64,000 nt of DNA from the human T2T-CHM13v2.0 reference genome, Homo sapiens. A program made the translations under genes and the position numbers. The notes below the pieces were generated by a model. That model was not told the DNA's origin, did not search any database, and saw nothing but the letters and a program-made list of their open reading frames with translations. The stretch is taken from assembly GCF_009914755.1 (NCBI RefSeq), contig NC_060927.1. The stretch is one strand, 5' to 3'. The stretch's first letter is position 1, and each line of letters starts with the position of its first letter. Of this stretch, positions 28,601-43,479 are shown one piece after another.

Positions 28601-29455
28601 GTGGGTAAAGCAAAAGACTCAGAGAGAACAGAGTCAGGTGAGGTATCAGTGATGGGCAACAGGTAATAATAACATCAGAGAAAGCTGAAACCTCTGGGAA
28701 CTAAACTGATTACTACAGGCTGCTCAGCCTTCTCATGAGTCTACCTTATCCTTTGTCTCCTAAGGGTGTTCTTGTCTGTTTTTAAATTTTAACAAATCAG
28801 CAGCTGGTGGTTTTCTTGGTACCTATCCAGCAGAAAAGGATGATTGATGTCCTGTGACTTTGCTTGGGGTCCTGAGCTGCTGCATGAAAACCATGTGAAT
28901 TCCCCCAGACACCCAACACATCAGTAAGAAATTGAAAATTGTGTGAGCCTTGGAATCTAGTGAGAGTTAAAGTGGTTGTGCATACATGAGAAATATCCAC
29001 ACCTGAACTTGAGCATTGGCTTTGTAAACTGGATGGAAATAGCTTAAGCCCTTAGAAAAATATATAATGATTCAAAATCATTTGATATGCTTTCTAGGTT
29101 AGTAATTACATCTTTCAATAGCAACAAGTAGTAGTTTGGAAAAGAATGAGTGAACTCAAGTAAAGTACACCAAATCTTAACTGATGAAAAAATCAAACCT
29201 ACCAATATAACATATATATATATATATATATTTATATTAAATTAATTGGTATATAAGTTAATTGGTGGAAAAAACTAGCAACATCTGAATAGAGCTAGGA
29301 ATTTTTTTTTCTTTTTCTGGCTCATATATATATATATATATGTATGGTGCAATATACATATTTTGATATTTTCAAAAATTTTTGATACATTATCAAATTT
29401 GAAGATATTTGTCAATCAAGTAAATGTTAACACACACTGTTTTAAGCACAAGTAA

Positions 29456-29763
<308 letters not shown>

Positions 29764-29959
29764 TCTTTTCACTTTTTATTGGGCATTTGACATTTATTTC
29801 AGTGATTTTTTTGTTCACTTTGAGTTTTTAATTTCAAGATCTCCGCTACTCTGCCTTTTCATTTTATATAATAATGTGGTATAATTTACAATAAGGCATA
29901 TACTAAAACTTAATTGTAAGCAAGAAACACAGTCCAATATGGTCTTGCTTTCTGTTTTT

Positions 29960-31295
29960 TTCTAATTATTTTGAATTCATTTCAAAGTTACAGTAAAAAA
30001 TTAAGAAAAGTTAAAAAATTTCATATATCCTTCATACAGATAATCCATTCAGGTTTTGAAAACTATACCAATAATGTATTTTACTTCAAAAATGTCTAAC
30101 CCAAGATCATCTGTTGCACTTAGATATCATTTAATCCAGAAAAATTCTTCAGTCTCTCTTGACCTTAATGTCCTATACATTTTTGAAGATAACAGAAAAG
30201 TTGTATATTAGATTATCTTTTAATTTGGATTTATTTGATACTTCTTCATGATTAGATTTAGATTATGCCTTTGGGGCATAAATATCACAGGAAAACTGCT
30301 GTATTTGTGTCATTGAATCCTAATAGTTGCCATGCGATGTCAATTTTTCTCATTATTTGTGATGTTTGATTTAATTACTTGAAGTGACAACAGCAAGGAT
30401 TCTTTTCTGTAAAATTACTTCTTTTTCTTTGTAAATAAGTAAGCAGTCTGGAGGAGACACATGGAGACTCAGTAGATATCCTATTTCATACTCAGGTTCT
30501 AGTAACCTTTCAGCATCAATTGATATTACTTACCTGAATGTAATTATTGTAATGATGCTTCTCAGGGGTGATTTTCTAATTTTATATTTTTTCTATGTTT
30601 ATTTTAGGCATACTACTGTAATGCAATTTTTCTCCTCCCATCCTTTCATTCGTTTATACTGGGGTGTTCTTGTGGCTTCTCATTTTATTCAATGTAATAT
30701 AAAGGTGTGTATGTATGTCGGGGGAGTGCTTGTACACACACTGTACTCATGATCATTATTTATTTTGACACTCTAATTTTTCAGTTCATCCAGTAATCAG
30801 TATAGCCTCTTCAAACTGGTTTTCATGTCCTGAAAATATGCCATTAATTCTTTGAGCATTTCCTTGCTTTCTTTTATGGCAAAATATTCCACTCTTATCT
30901 AGTTCTTTCCCTGCTCCAGTCCTAAGATCACCTTTTTCAAGGAATAGTGGTTCCACTTAGAAGAGAATATTTATAGACTGAGTTCTGAGTTCTTGGTATT
31001 CTTATTTCTACAGGGAATTTGCTAGTCCCAGGCCCTGTCGGTGGATAAACTTAGAAAATATATGCATGCATATGCATATACATGGGTACACCTACACAAA
31101 CACACATACACAGACTTCTACATCTGCAATTAGGTTTTTTAATCTATTAGTTCACATTTATACTTCCAAATTCAATCTACTACTGCAGGATTTATTTTCT
31201 TGCATGTGCCCTTTTCATATTTGAATATTTTTCTCCAGGTGTGAAATTTGGCTCCAGTTTTCCTCAATGTATTTATTTAATCCCCCTGTATCTAA
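29960..31295 (-). mobile_element. L1MC4-like long 3' UTR
   Basis: TTATTTTGAA...TTTCAAAGTTACAG, CATTTTTGAAGA, TTCTTTGAGCATTTCCTTGCTTTC, TTTCCCTGCTCCAGTCCT motifs. Confidence 0.7.
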
Positions 31296-31359
31296 TTCCC
31301 GAAACTTGCTGGACCGACGCCTCACTTATTTCTGCTTAATGGTTATTTGACTAATTACA

Positions 31360-31450
31360 AAGGAAGGAAGGAAGGAAGGAGGGAATGAAGGAAGGAAGGA
31401 GGGAAGGAAGGAAGGAGGGAAGGAAGGAAGGAAGGGAAAGGAAAGAAGGG
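31360..31450. repeat. Imperfect (GGAA)n purine-rich microsatellite
   Basis: About 90 bp of GGAA/GGAG units with runs of up to 4 consecutive GGAA. Confidence 0.95.
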
Positions 31451-32010
31451 TGATGAATTTTAACTAATGTGTCTATCAATGTAAACTTCATTTCAATGAA
31501 GATATAGAACATTTCTCTCATTCCAATAAGTTCTGTCCTGCTCCTTTTCAGTAAACTCTTCATTACAGTTAAATCACTATCCTAATTTCTATCAGCACAG
31601 CTTAGTTTTATCTGTTCTAGAAATTCATGTTAATTGGATCACACAGTATGTATTTCTTTGTGCTTGCTTTGTTCCCATCTGAACATGATTATTTTAAGAT
31701 TCATCATATTGTATGTATCACTATTTCATTTCTTACTCTTTCTAAGTTATATTACATTTTATAATTACTACACAATTTCTTTATTCATCCATTCCTCAAC
31801 AGCTGAGTTATTTCAGTTTGGGGTTAGTAGAAAAAAATTGTCATGGAAATTTATACAAGTCTTTTGCATAAATATATTTTTATTCCTCTTGGGTAAAATA
31901 CCTGGAAGTATAAGTGTGGGTCATATGATATGGGTATTTTCGTTTCTTAAGAAACCTGGAAATATTTTAATAAGTGGTTGTACCATTTTACACTGCTACC
32001 AAATATACCT
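31451..32010 (-). mobile_element. L1ME-type 3' UTR fragment
   Basis: TGATGAATTTT...AAGATATAGAACATTTC...CTTGGGTAAAATACCTGGAAGT...AAGTGGTTGTACCATTTTACAC. Confidence 0.75.
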
Positions 32011-35000
32011 GATGACACTTTTATATGAAGGAATACATTTTGTTATCAATATATGGATGTCTATTCTTCTAAAAACATTCATTGTAATCAATCATTTCCA
32101 ATACGTGTGTTTAATAATATTTAGAACCTTCTAAGAATATTTATTAAATATTATTTCCTCAGGGAGTGAAGATAAGCCCTTTAGAGATTGAAAAATGAAT
32201 GGCACAACAAATTTGCAGGATAAACTCATGAATAGACACATAGTGACTTAATCTGTATAATGCTGTAATCACTGAAGATTTGAAGAAAGGCTTTCTCTCT
32301 CTATTTATTTCTCTATTCCCACATATCCAATGGGAACTACTAGGTGACCAAAGTGTTTCTTCTGGAAAATTATTTAAAATTAATGACTAAAATAAAAAAT
32401 AGCATGTTGATCTGATATCACACACTTAATAGTGTATGAAGTGCTAATCTTTCCTCACCAGTGCTTCCCAGTGAGAATTTCTGCTTGCCTTATTATTTAT
32501 TTTTATGGTTTACCTGAGCATTATATAATGCCATATTGAAAAAGTTCTATTTTCTTCAAACATTCATCTAAGCCATAATTAATTGATTTGTTCCTGTATT
32601 AAGGAGAAACTTTCTTTCTGATGAGGCATAAACTATAAACTCATTTTTCCATAATTGACAAGATTGTGATAATACATTTAAAGAATCTTAAATTAATTTT
32701 ACAGAATTAATATTTATATGTTCACTTCTGTTTGTCTCACCACACATCAAAAATTTACCATAACAGAAAAGCCATTAAAATAAAAGAGCAGCAGAATTAG
32801 AGGCTATAAAAGTTCTCATAAAATAGTAACATTTGCAATGTGAAATATTATATACAATTCTGGATAATTTTAGTGTTCTAAGACATTATATATTATTAAA
32901 CAGGAAATAGCCTCAAGCATGTACATTTTGATAATGAAGATATATGTAAAATAAATACTTTATAACCATACTTTATCTTAGTAATTATACACAGCATTAA
33001 TAAAGGAAAATAATTAAGTATAAACATACTAAAATGGTGGTCTGGTTATGCATTTGTTAAGTAGAACTGATTTATTTTCTATTATACGCATTTAAACTAA
33101 TATTTAGCAGCCTCATTTACCTTTACAAAACTAAAACTCACTATTGTAAGAGAAACATTTTCATAAATCTATTGATCTCTACTTATTTTAGAATAAACCC
33201 TTGTATAGAGTGAAGAATACAAAAGTAAGTTTGACATGCTTTGCTCAGTGAGTTACGCACACTAGCTTTGCCATGATACTCAGTGAAAAATACTCTTAGG
33301 TAAACCTTTATTTAATTGGAAAAAATACTCCTCCTCTTTATTTTTTACTAGGAAACATATGTCTCAACAATTACCAACCCATGCCTCTTATTCTTTGACA
33401 TTAACTACATTAAATTTTGGCAATATATTTGATAAAATACAGAGCAAGCATTCTTACTATTATAAGCATAGCATTTATTAAGATAAACTAGTAAGAGTAT
33501 GTAAGAAAAAATACTATAAGAAAGAACATAAATATTTGTATAATATTAGTATTTTATGACTACTCAGGAAGCAAATAATGTAGATTATAAGATTGCAGCA
33601 GATAGCTCATATCCCCCTTATTCTTCTGTTTTGTATTTTACTACATAGCTTTCAGATATTAGTTTTACTGAGTAAATAAAAAACAAATGAGACAAATTAA
33701 TGAAAACAAGGCTCTAAGTTCCAATAAATAGATTAAATAAAGAGCCAACTAAAGAGAAATAATATCACTTGTTCAGTTCATTCATAGGGGTACAGCAAAA
33801 CTTCACAATAGCATTACATACAAAAATCTTGAAATTACCAAAATTTGCTCGTATTATAATATTAAGACTCTACTGTACATATTACAGCATAGTTAAGCCA
33901 TCTGGGTGACTTAATTATATCTCAATGGTCTAAGAAATATTTACTGCTAAAAACATTTTTAATTTTTCTTCTATCGAAGTATAAGACAAATAAATTAGTG
34001 AATCACTTTTTTAAAAGAAAAATGTAGAAGTGTGAGGAGGCAGAACTGAGGTATTTACATACATTTTCATAATATTTATGTGAATTTATAGTAAATATAA
34101 AGTAAGAAAAACTTGACACAATACTAACTGAAAATTACTTCAGTGTTTTGTGTTTTATTGTGTATGGAAAAAAAGAAAAAACAGAGTAACAAATCTAAAA
34201 GTGACACACATGAAGAATGCTTATTGGAAAACAAATTATCCTAGAAGCTAAATAAATGTTCAGGAAAATACTTTTTCTTAATGATAAAGGTAGTTTTTAA
34301 AAAGCAATAAGATAATCAAAGAACAGTTGCAAGTTAACAATGATTGATGATAAAATACATAAAAGGGAGAAGAAAAGTGAGTTAGTGATTTAAAAAATGG
34401 AAGGGAAAGTTGCTCTGGGAAATAATTATAGAAATCAAAATCATTTGGTGTATTGAATGATAATATTAAGTTTGCCTAAAAACATTCTGAAAACTATAAG
34501 ACAGTTTTGAGAAAAGTATAACATAAAATGGACAAGAAAACAGTGTGTATATTGATATAGAAAGCCTTCAAAAATACAGTATTAAACAAAAGTAGTCTAT
34601 TATTATTCTTTGATACAATAATTTTACTAAATATGTACTAAAAAGTTATTCATATGCATAAGTACATATATATTCAAGATATATGCACATATACATATGT
34701 AATTCTTCTAAATATGGGTATTGGGTTAGATAAAGTAGGCCCTACTCTGCACACACAATTTCCGTAATGATGAAGTTAAAAAAAAGTTAATGTAATATTA
34801 AGTTAATGCTGAAAAAATGTTAAGTCATTCTCTACTCTTATGTTTCTTCCAGTAGTATGATGCCTCTGGCTTCCCTCTATCACACGTCTTCTTTTCGAGT
34901 AAAGGTTTTTCATAAATGTGAGCGTGGAAGAAGAAACCAGGTATGTCCACATAGATAAGTCCCTTCCCCCTCACCTCTCTGGACTATGGCTGACTGCACA

Positions 35001-35960
35001 GGTCATAGGTTCTTAAATTCGTTATACTTTGGGTTGTCAATAGCCAGTATTAACAGGTCTTTCCTCTAGAAAGTGGAAAGAAATATTTTTTTAAAAAATT
35101 ACTAGCTATTATGTAATACAATTTTTTTAAATGAATAATTTCTAATTGCTTTCACAAAAATTTTTAAAAAAGCTTTAATTTTTAAAGCTAAATAAGTATG
35201 CTATTGTTGGAATTTTTACAAAACAATTTAAAAAAAGGAATGATAATTTTATAAAAATTTTGTTCCCATATACCTAAGTGAGAAAGAGTTTCTCACTTAA
35301 CACTATACAACAAACAATAGGGATAAAATGAAACATGGTACTAAAGGGTGAATATTGTCTTATTTAGGATTAAATAATATCCATCCACAGACAATAACCA
35401 ATTACAATAATTAGTAAACATATTTGCCCAGTAAGGAATTCAGTTACAGTAAAAGTTTCCTTATTTTTAATTTTTGTTTGCTTGAGGAATTATTTACTAG
35501 TAATTTTAATAAATTCTCATTTGTGACTAAAAACTTTAACTTAGAACCATAGAGGCCAATATTTTTTTAAAAATAAATTATAATATTTAATCCACATTTT
35601 TGCAGAAAGTTATAATAATTAAATCAATATAACATTATAAAGCATGAAATATATTACAATAAACTCTTTGGGTGTGATGAAATAAAAATACACATCAAAT
35701 ACTTATGAATAAACCAAAATTTCTCTTGGAGATGAGCTTTTTGATGTATTTCAAAATGTTTACTTATAGGTTTCAAAGTGTTGTATTAACAGTGTAATGT
35801 AATAGTATTTTAAAACATTTATATTTAAAACATGTTGAAATGACTGTTTACATTTAAATTAATATAAAAACTGTAGGAAATAAAGTGAAAAAATATGAGA
35901 GAATATATGCTTTCTCAAATAATTTTTAGTGGAAAGCATAAGCCAAAAGACATGCACTTA

Positions 35961-38054
35961 TTTTTTATTTTAACTTTTTGATTATGAATATGTAATAGTT
36001 GTACAAATTTATGGAGTACATGTGATATTTTGACACAAGCATGCAACGTATAATGATCAAATCAGTGTAATTGGGGTATCTATCACTTCAAGCATGTACA
36101 ATTTGTTTGCATTAGGAAAATTCCAATTACATTCTTTTTTTTTATTTTGAAGTACGCAATACATTATATTGTCATCCTATTGTGGATACAGTCATCCTAT
36201 TATGCAACCAAAACACTAGATTTTATTCCTTCTATCTAACTGTAGTTTTATACCCATTAACGATCTTAACTTTATCCCCTGCTTCACTGTTTCCCAGCCT
36301 CAGGTAACCATCATTCTACTCTGTATCTTCATGAGTCCAATTTTGTTTTGTGAGCTGCCACATATTAGTGAGAAAAATGCAGTATTTGTCATTCTGTGCT
36401 TGGCTTATTTTACTTAACACAATGTCCTCCAGTTTCATTCATGCTTTTATAAATGACAGGATTTAATTTTTTTATGGCTGAATCTTGCATTTTGTATTGG
36501 AATCACATTTTCTTTATCCCTTTATGCCTCCATGGACACTTAGGTTGAGTTCACATCCTGCGTACTGTAAATAGTGCTGCACAGGAGTGCACATAACTCT
36601 TCAATATACTGATTTCCCTTTCTTTGGGGTATATACACAGCAGCAAGATTGTGGATCATATAGTAGTCCAATTTTAATTTTTTGGGTCACCTCCATATTC
36701 GTTCTCCATAGTGGTTTTACCAATTGACATTTCTACCAACAGCGTACAAGGGTTTTCTTTTCTCAAAATCTATATCAGCATTCGTTATTGCCTGTTTTTT
36801 TAAGCCATTTTAATTGAAATGAAATAATATCTGATTGTAGTTTTAATTTGCACTTATTTAACGATTAATTGTGCTGAGCATTTTTTTAGGTACTCTTTGG
36901 CCATTTGTATGTCTTCTTTTCAGAACTATCTATTCGGATTGCCTGCTTTTTAACTGGAATCTTTCATTTTTCTATTGAGTTGTTTGAGCTTATATGTTAT
37001 GGTTATTAACACCCTGTCAAATGGGTTGCAAATATTTTCTCCCAGTTTGTGGGTTCTTTCTTCACTTTGTTGGTTGTGTCCTTTGCCGCACAGAAGCTTT
37101 TTCATTTGATGTGATTCTGTGTCCATTTTTGCTTTTGTTCCCTGTGCTCTGGAGGTCTAACTCATGAAATCCTTGCCCAGACCAATGTTCTGAAGTGTTT
37201 CTCTAATGTTTCCTTCTGCTAGTTTCATAGTTTTGAGATATAAGTATCTAATCAATTTTGATTTGATTTGTGCATGGTGAGAGATACAGTTCTAGTTTCA
37301 TCTTTTGCATATGGATATTCCAGCACCATTTATTACAGAGACTGTCTTTTCTCCAATGTATGTTCTTGACACCTTTGTTGAAAGTGAGCTGACTGTAAAC
37401 ATGTGGATTTATTTCTTGGTTCTCTATTCTGTTGCATTGGTCTAAGTGTCTGTTTTTTCTGCAAATACCTTGCTGGTTTGGTTACTAAAGTTTTGCAGTA
37501 TAATTTGAAGTCAGGCAATATGATGCCTCCAGTTTTATTCTTTTTGCTCAGGAATTCTTTGGCTCTTCTGGATTGTTTGTGGTTCCATATAAATTTAAGG
37601 ATCTTTTTTTTTAAATTTATGTGAAGAACTTCACTGGTATTTTGATAGGGATCACATTAAATCTGTAGATTGCTTTGGGTAGTATGAACATTTTAACAGT
37701 ACTGACTCTTCCAAACCATGAATGTGGAATACCTTTCATTTTTTTTTGTTTTTTTTTTTTTTTTTTGAGCAATGAGACAAAAAATGGAAAGGAAGAACTC
37801 AACTTATTCTTGTTTACAGAAGGTACGATCTTATGTTTAGAAAACCCTAAAGAGTCAACCAAAATAACTATTAGAACTGATTTAAAAAATCAGTAAATTT
37901 GCAGAATGCAAAATCAACACACAAAAATCAATAGCATTTCTATAAACCAAAAGTGAACAATCTGAAAAAGAAATCAGGAAAACAATCCAATTTACAATAA
38001 CTATAAATAACATAAAATGCAGTGAAAACTGTAAAATATTGATGAAACGCATTG
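35961..38054 (-). mobile_element. L1MA4/5-like element with a 5' inversion (minus 35961-37767; inverted plus segment about 37775-38054)
   Basis: Antisense 3' UTR and ORF2, then sense ORF2 RT region (GGAAAGGAAGAACTCAAC...AGAAAACCCTAAAGA). Flanked by the degenerate TSD AAAAGACATGCACTTA / AAAAGGCATGTATTTA. Confidence 0.88.
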
Positions 38055-38949
38055 AAAAGGCATGTATTTATGGTTCAATTTCCATTTTATAGATGAGGGC
38101 TGTGAAGACAGGTGAAATTATTGTTAACGTAGAAAATGAAAAAATCTAAACAGTATTTTCAGGACAAATGGTATTTATTTCCACCAGATTATATTTGTAA
38201 TATATTTTAAGTGATAAAAATATGTAGCTGATAATTTAGTCCTAAAATTATATAATCACATATGCTGTCTAATTTCTCAAATTTAGGACCCCATGATGGA
38301 GTCAAAAATATCATCATACTTTGGATTACTTGTGTATGTATATATGTATGTATGTATGTGTTTGCTTACCACTCTACACATGGTATAATGTTGAAAGCTT
38401 CTTTAGATATTGCTTTTGTGGAGAAACTGAGGCTCAAGATAAAAGGTTATTTTTCCCTTTGTTAAATAATTCATTCTTGATGTGTCTAACCAAATTAGGC
38501 TCTAGGACTACGGGTTGCTCATTTGCATTTGTATCAATTCCACGAAACTCTAATTTGTATGAAATTAAATTAGTCACATTACAAAGTTGGAAAATATTTC
38601 TTTTAATTTTTACTGGACATCTTATATTTTTGTCATATTTTGCTATAGGTATTTGGATAAATGGACAGAAAACTAAATCCAAAAAAAAAAAAAAGTGTAT
38701 TCTTGAGGACAGCCAGCTAAGTCAAACTTAAGGGTGAAGAGTTTGTGTATGAGTCAAGAGTTTAACAATGGAGGCCATTTGTCAAACTGGTTGTGTGTAG
38801 CAATACAAACATTTGCCACAGGTGGTGGAAATAGACACCGAATTCAAATAACAGGAAAAAGTAGAAAGTAAGGAAGTAGAGACAGCAAATGTAAACTATT
38901 TTCTCAAGAATCTTGGCCGTGCCTTCCATAAAGATAAAAATGACGTACT

Positions 38950-39470
<521 letters not shown>

Positions 39471-39647
39471 ACATAGAGTACACAACACTAAATACAGTAT
39501 AAAGAAATAGCTAATTTAAGGGTATATTTTGCACAATAATTTTAAATATAAAATGTGCTTAAAATAATTCATAAAAATTATTGAAGGAATTAATTCATAT
39601 TCAAATTATTGGGAGCATTTTAATTTAACATATATTTTTATTAAGAT

Positions 39648-39677
39648 AAAAACAAACAAACAAACAAACAAACAAAA
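39648..39677. repeat. (CAAA)n microsatellite
   Basis: AAAAACAAACAAACAAACAAACAAACAAAA. Confidence 0.9.
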
Positions 39678-39734
39678 TCATTTTATTCTAGATAGGGAGA
39701 CCAAACCGAAATTCCTGATTTGATGAAAGGTAAC

Positions 39735-40133
39735 TGTTTTAGTCTTCTCATATTGCTATAAACAAAATACCTTACACTAGGTAATTTTTAAAGAAAAGAG
39801 GTTTAATTGGCTCATGGTTCCTCAGACTGTATAGGAATCACGATGCTGGTCATCTGCTTGGCTTCTGGGAGGCCTCAGGAAACTTACAATTATGGTGGAA
39901 ATCGAAGGGGAAGTAGTCATGCCTTACATGGCAGTAGCAGGAGGAAGGGGCAGGGAGGTACTACACACTTTTTAACAACCAGGTCTTACGATAACTCATT
40001 CACTATCACACTACAATACCCAGGTAAAAATTCTCCCTCATGATCCAATCACTCCCACTAGGTCCCACCTCCGGCATTAGAAATTACATTTCAACATGAC
40101 ATTTGGGCGGGGACACAGATCCAAGCCATATCA
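39735..40133 (-). mobile_element. MSTA/MSTB MaLR solo LTR
   Basis: AAGAAAAGAGGTTTAATTGGCTCATGGTTC...GGAGGCCTCAGGAAACTTACAAT...GGGGACACAGATCCAAGCCATATCA. 5-bp TSD GTAAC/GTTAC. Confidence 0.92.
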
Positions 40134-43100
40134 GTTACATAAAATTTTCTATTTTCCAATTTAAAATTAAATACTTTGAATCTAATTGCTAACAAGTTAG
40201 ATCAACATAAATAACTCTTCATAAATTTCTCTAGATTTATGATTCTCAAACATCTACTAAAAATTATGACAGAGAGAAATAATGTTAGTCCCAGCCTCTG
40301 CTCCTCCTATTGTTACTTTGTAGCTAATTTGGGGTGCTATGAATTTGGTTGTTAGAAGACATTCAGTAAAAAATTTATGACCAATTCTTAAAAATGTTTT
40401 AGCCATGTGTTTATATACATGCGTGTCTGATTTTTTTCGTTACAGATATAACCTGATTTGAAAGTCACAGAAATAATCTGATTTGAAACCATGATAGATC
40501 ATGATAGTCACCAAAAAGTAGTTAACATTTTCATTTTTATGACTACATGGGTGATATGCATAAAAGTATAACAATAGTCCTCACTGGACTCTAATTTAGA
40601 ACCAAGCAAGCCTTTGTTTTTCATTTATTTTTATCAAATTAAAATAACATCCTTTATTTCTCAGCAAAAGTATGTTTTCATTTTCATCATGTTTTGTATA
40701 TTTATTTTGCTGTTGTGCAAAAGATAGTGTCATTTTATTTGGTGGTACAATACTTTCAGAACTGTTTAAAAAAGTTAAGCTTAAATAATTATTATCTAGT
40801 TTATGTGCATAAAAAATTAATGTAAAAAAATCCACAATATTTTGCCATTTGACTAGTGTAGATCAAATATAAATGTTTATTTAGTATGATTTTTAGAATT
40901 ATATAGAAATCTGATTATTTTAGCAATTTGATGTTTTTTATCTGTTCTTGTATGGAAGAAAGAAAAATGTTAGATTTGCGTATTGCTCTTACTAAATTGA
41001 CATTAATTCTTACATAATATGATCAAATAGGTGTTTGCAATAAAATTGTATGTGTTGCTTTGATATACTCACATATGAAGGACTATTTGTAATAATTTTG
41101 TAGTAAAATTCATAGTTTTATTTTAGAAGGCTCCAATATTTCAGGTGTGATACTTTATAAGAAAAATTCAGGTTTTCTGCAGTATTATTGAAAGGCAAAA
41201 TAAATCGTGAGCAGTACATAACTTAAGTGAGATATTAATGTTTTTATATCTATTTATACATTTAGCATTTATACAACTTTCTCAGTATATTACTAATTAT
41301 AAAACAATATAACGCTTATCTATGTAACTGAGCAAAACCACCTACAAACTGTCAACAAATGTTGATGCACCTCTTCTGTAAAAACGTAATGGTTATTTTC
41401 CTGTGGCATCAGAATATTAAATTTGAGATACACTGTGATTAATTGATCAAGGACAGTTCTTGTTGAGTAATTATATTTAAGAAGGATCTGTCAATACCAT
41501 TTGCTTTCAATTGTCATATTAAATCTAAGATAATGAGTACAGGTGTACTGAGTGATGTATGAAATAATGCAATTGAGTGAAAAAATTCAAATAAAAATAT
41601 AGATAATTAAGAACTAAAAGTAGGCAAAGTAAGATAATAGGGTGAGATTCATTGACTGCCTTCAGGATACTGAAAAATCAAACAAGTCTGCCAATGATTT
41701 AAATGTTCCACTTAGTACACTGAAAATATTTCCTAGACATACTTCATAAAATAGCATCATGAGGCCTAGACAAGGTCACAAAGTAATATTTAAACTAATA
41801 CCAAATGATCTAAAACTTAAAAAACTGGTGTGGTCCAAGGAGAATATGGTTAATAGTTTTATAGAGGAGTATCAAATGTAATTTATAATTCTAAAACTAT
41901 AACTAGGAGGAAATTAACATATTATTGTATTAGAATTTACCATATTCTGATTTTGCAGTTCTCAAAAAATATATGTTTACACGTATAAGTTGTTTGTAAG
42001 TAGCATGCTCTCAGAACTCAGTAAATATGTGTATTTTGCAAATCAGATGAGATTTACCATTTAATGAAGAAAATAATTTAAAAAGGAAAAGTTATACACA
42101 TAAAAGCCATGATGTTAAGTTAAAATATTCCCCTAATCAGAAGTATAATTATAAAACCAAGCTAAGACCAAAATGAATAAAATAGTTTTTTAAAACATAG
42201 TATATAATGTACTAAAATTCTGAAAGTTATTTATAAAGCTTGTGTACAGGCCCAGATTAAATAAGAAAATATTTTATCATTTAGAAAGTTATTTATTTAA
42301 TTCAATGTGTAATTATTTAACTAACCTAATCTCAGTTTGCACACCTCGGTAGTATGGTTGTTGTTACCTGCTACCTGTGGTTGATCACTTTAATGAATTG
42401 CAATATACTGAAAGCTCTCCAGTTATTAATGCTTTGCTGTAGGATTAAAGCTATTGCCAAATTCAGAATAATTTATCCAGTGTTAATTATAAAAGTGTTT
42501 ATTAGATGTCTCTGTAGAAATAATAATTTTATTTTATCTTTAAGTTCCATAGAGTAGGAGTACCAGGTTTCAAATGGTTGGAAAAATTAAATGTTAGAAA
42601 ATGGAATTGTTAAATTCAAATGTTTATTATTGTTCAAATAATCAAGTTAGGAAAGAGAAAATTGATGTGCAACTTGTTCTCCATACCAGTTATGACTTAG
42701 CATTTTAAACAATTAAGAAGAATAGTTCCAAACTACAATGTATAGACTACCATGAAAAAAAAATGCTCACTTTCTCAAAATATATGTGAGTTTTGATTAG
42801 GAGACTTCAAATTACAGTACTCAGCTTACAGATGTATTGAGGTCATCTATAGTGTTGATCTACATATCTCTGGGATAAAAGATAAAATGTTGGAAAAGCA
42901 GTTCTTGCATTTTTTCTAGCTGTTTAGTTTCTTTTGGGATGTGTGCCCAGTTTTCCTACATCTTCCATTACTAAAGAGATTGTGGTAATATGGATTTTTT
43001 TATGACAAGGATATTCATAAAATTCCTGATGTACACACACAAATTATATTCATATAGTCTTGTGTGAGGTTTGTGAGTAATACATAGACTGTACTCAGAG

Positions 43101-43479
43101 TTTTAAAATTAATTGTTCTTTAAATTTTAGGATAGTCCTTTACACAAAATAATTCATTGATTTATGGAAAGTCTGCAATGAAAAATGACATGTACAGTCT
43201 CATAAGTGTTTTGTCAGCCTCTAAATTGTGAAGAAAAAAACCAAAATGTTTCAAAATTGGTTAAGTTGGATGCTTTCCCTTTCTCCAAATTTAAGTGGTG
43301 GGCAACAAAGCCCCTAGGAGACTCTAAGATTTTCAAAGTGACTTAAATCCTTCTTAGTTGTTTGAAAGTTGTACCTGATTTCAAGGATAGCTTTTTATCC
43401 TAATAAAATTTTTTGATAAAGGATACATATTATATCACATAGTTCATACTATGTAACAGAGTTTTTTTCTTTTAATGAA

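Noticed and set aside
31634-32134. 166-aa hydrophobic ORF as a membrane protein
   Set aside because: It lies mostly in T-rich antisense L1ME 3' UTR, where F/L/I richness is compositional, and has a non-ATG start.
38321-38731. 136-aa ORF in mostly unique sequence
   Set aside because: Non-ATG start, includes TATG microsatellite and poly-A-derived lysines, and has no recognisable domain.
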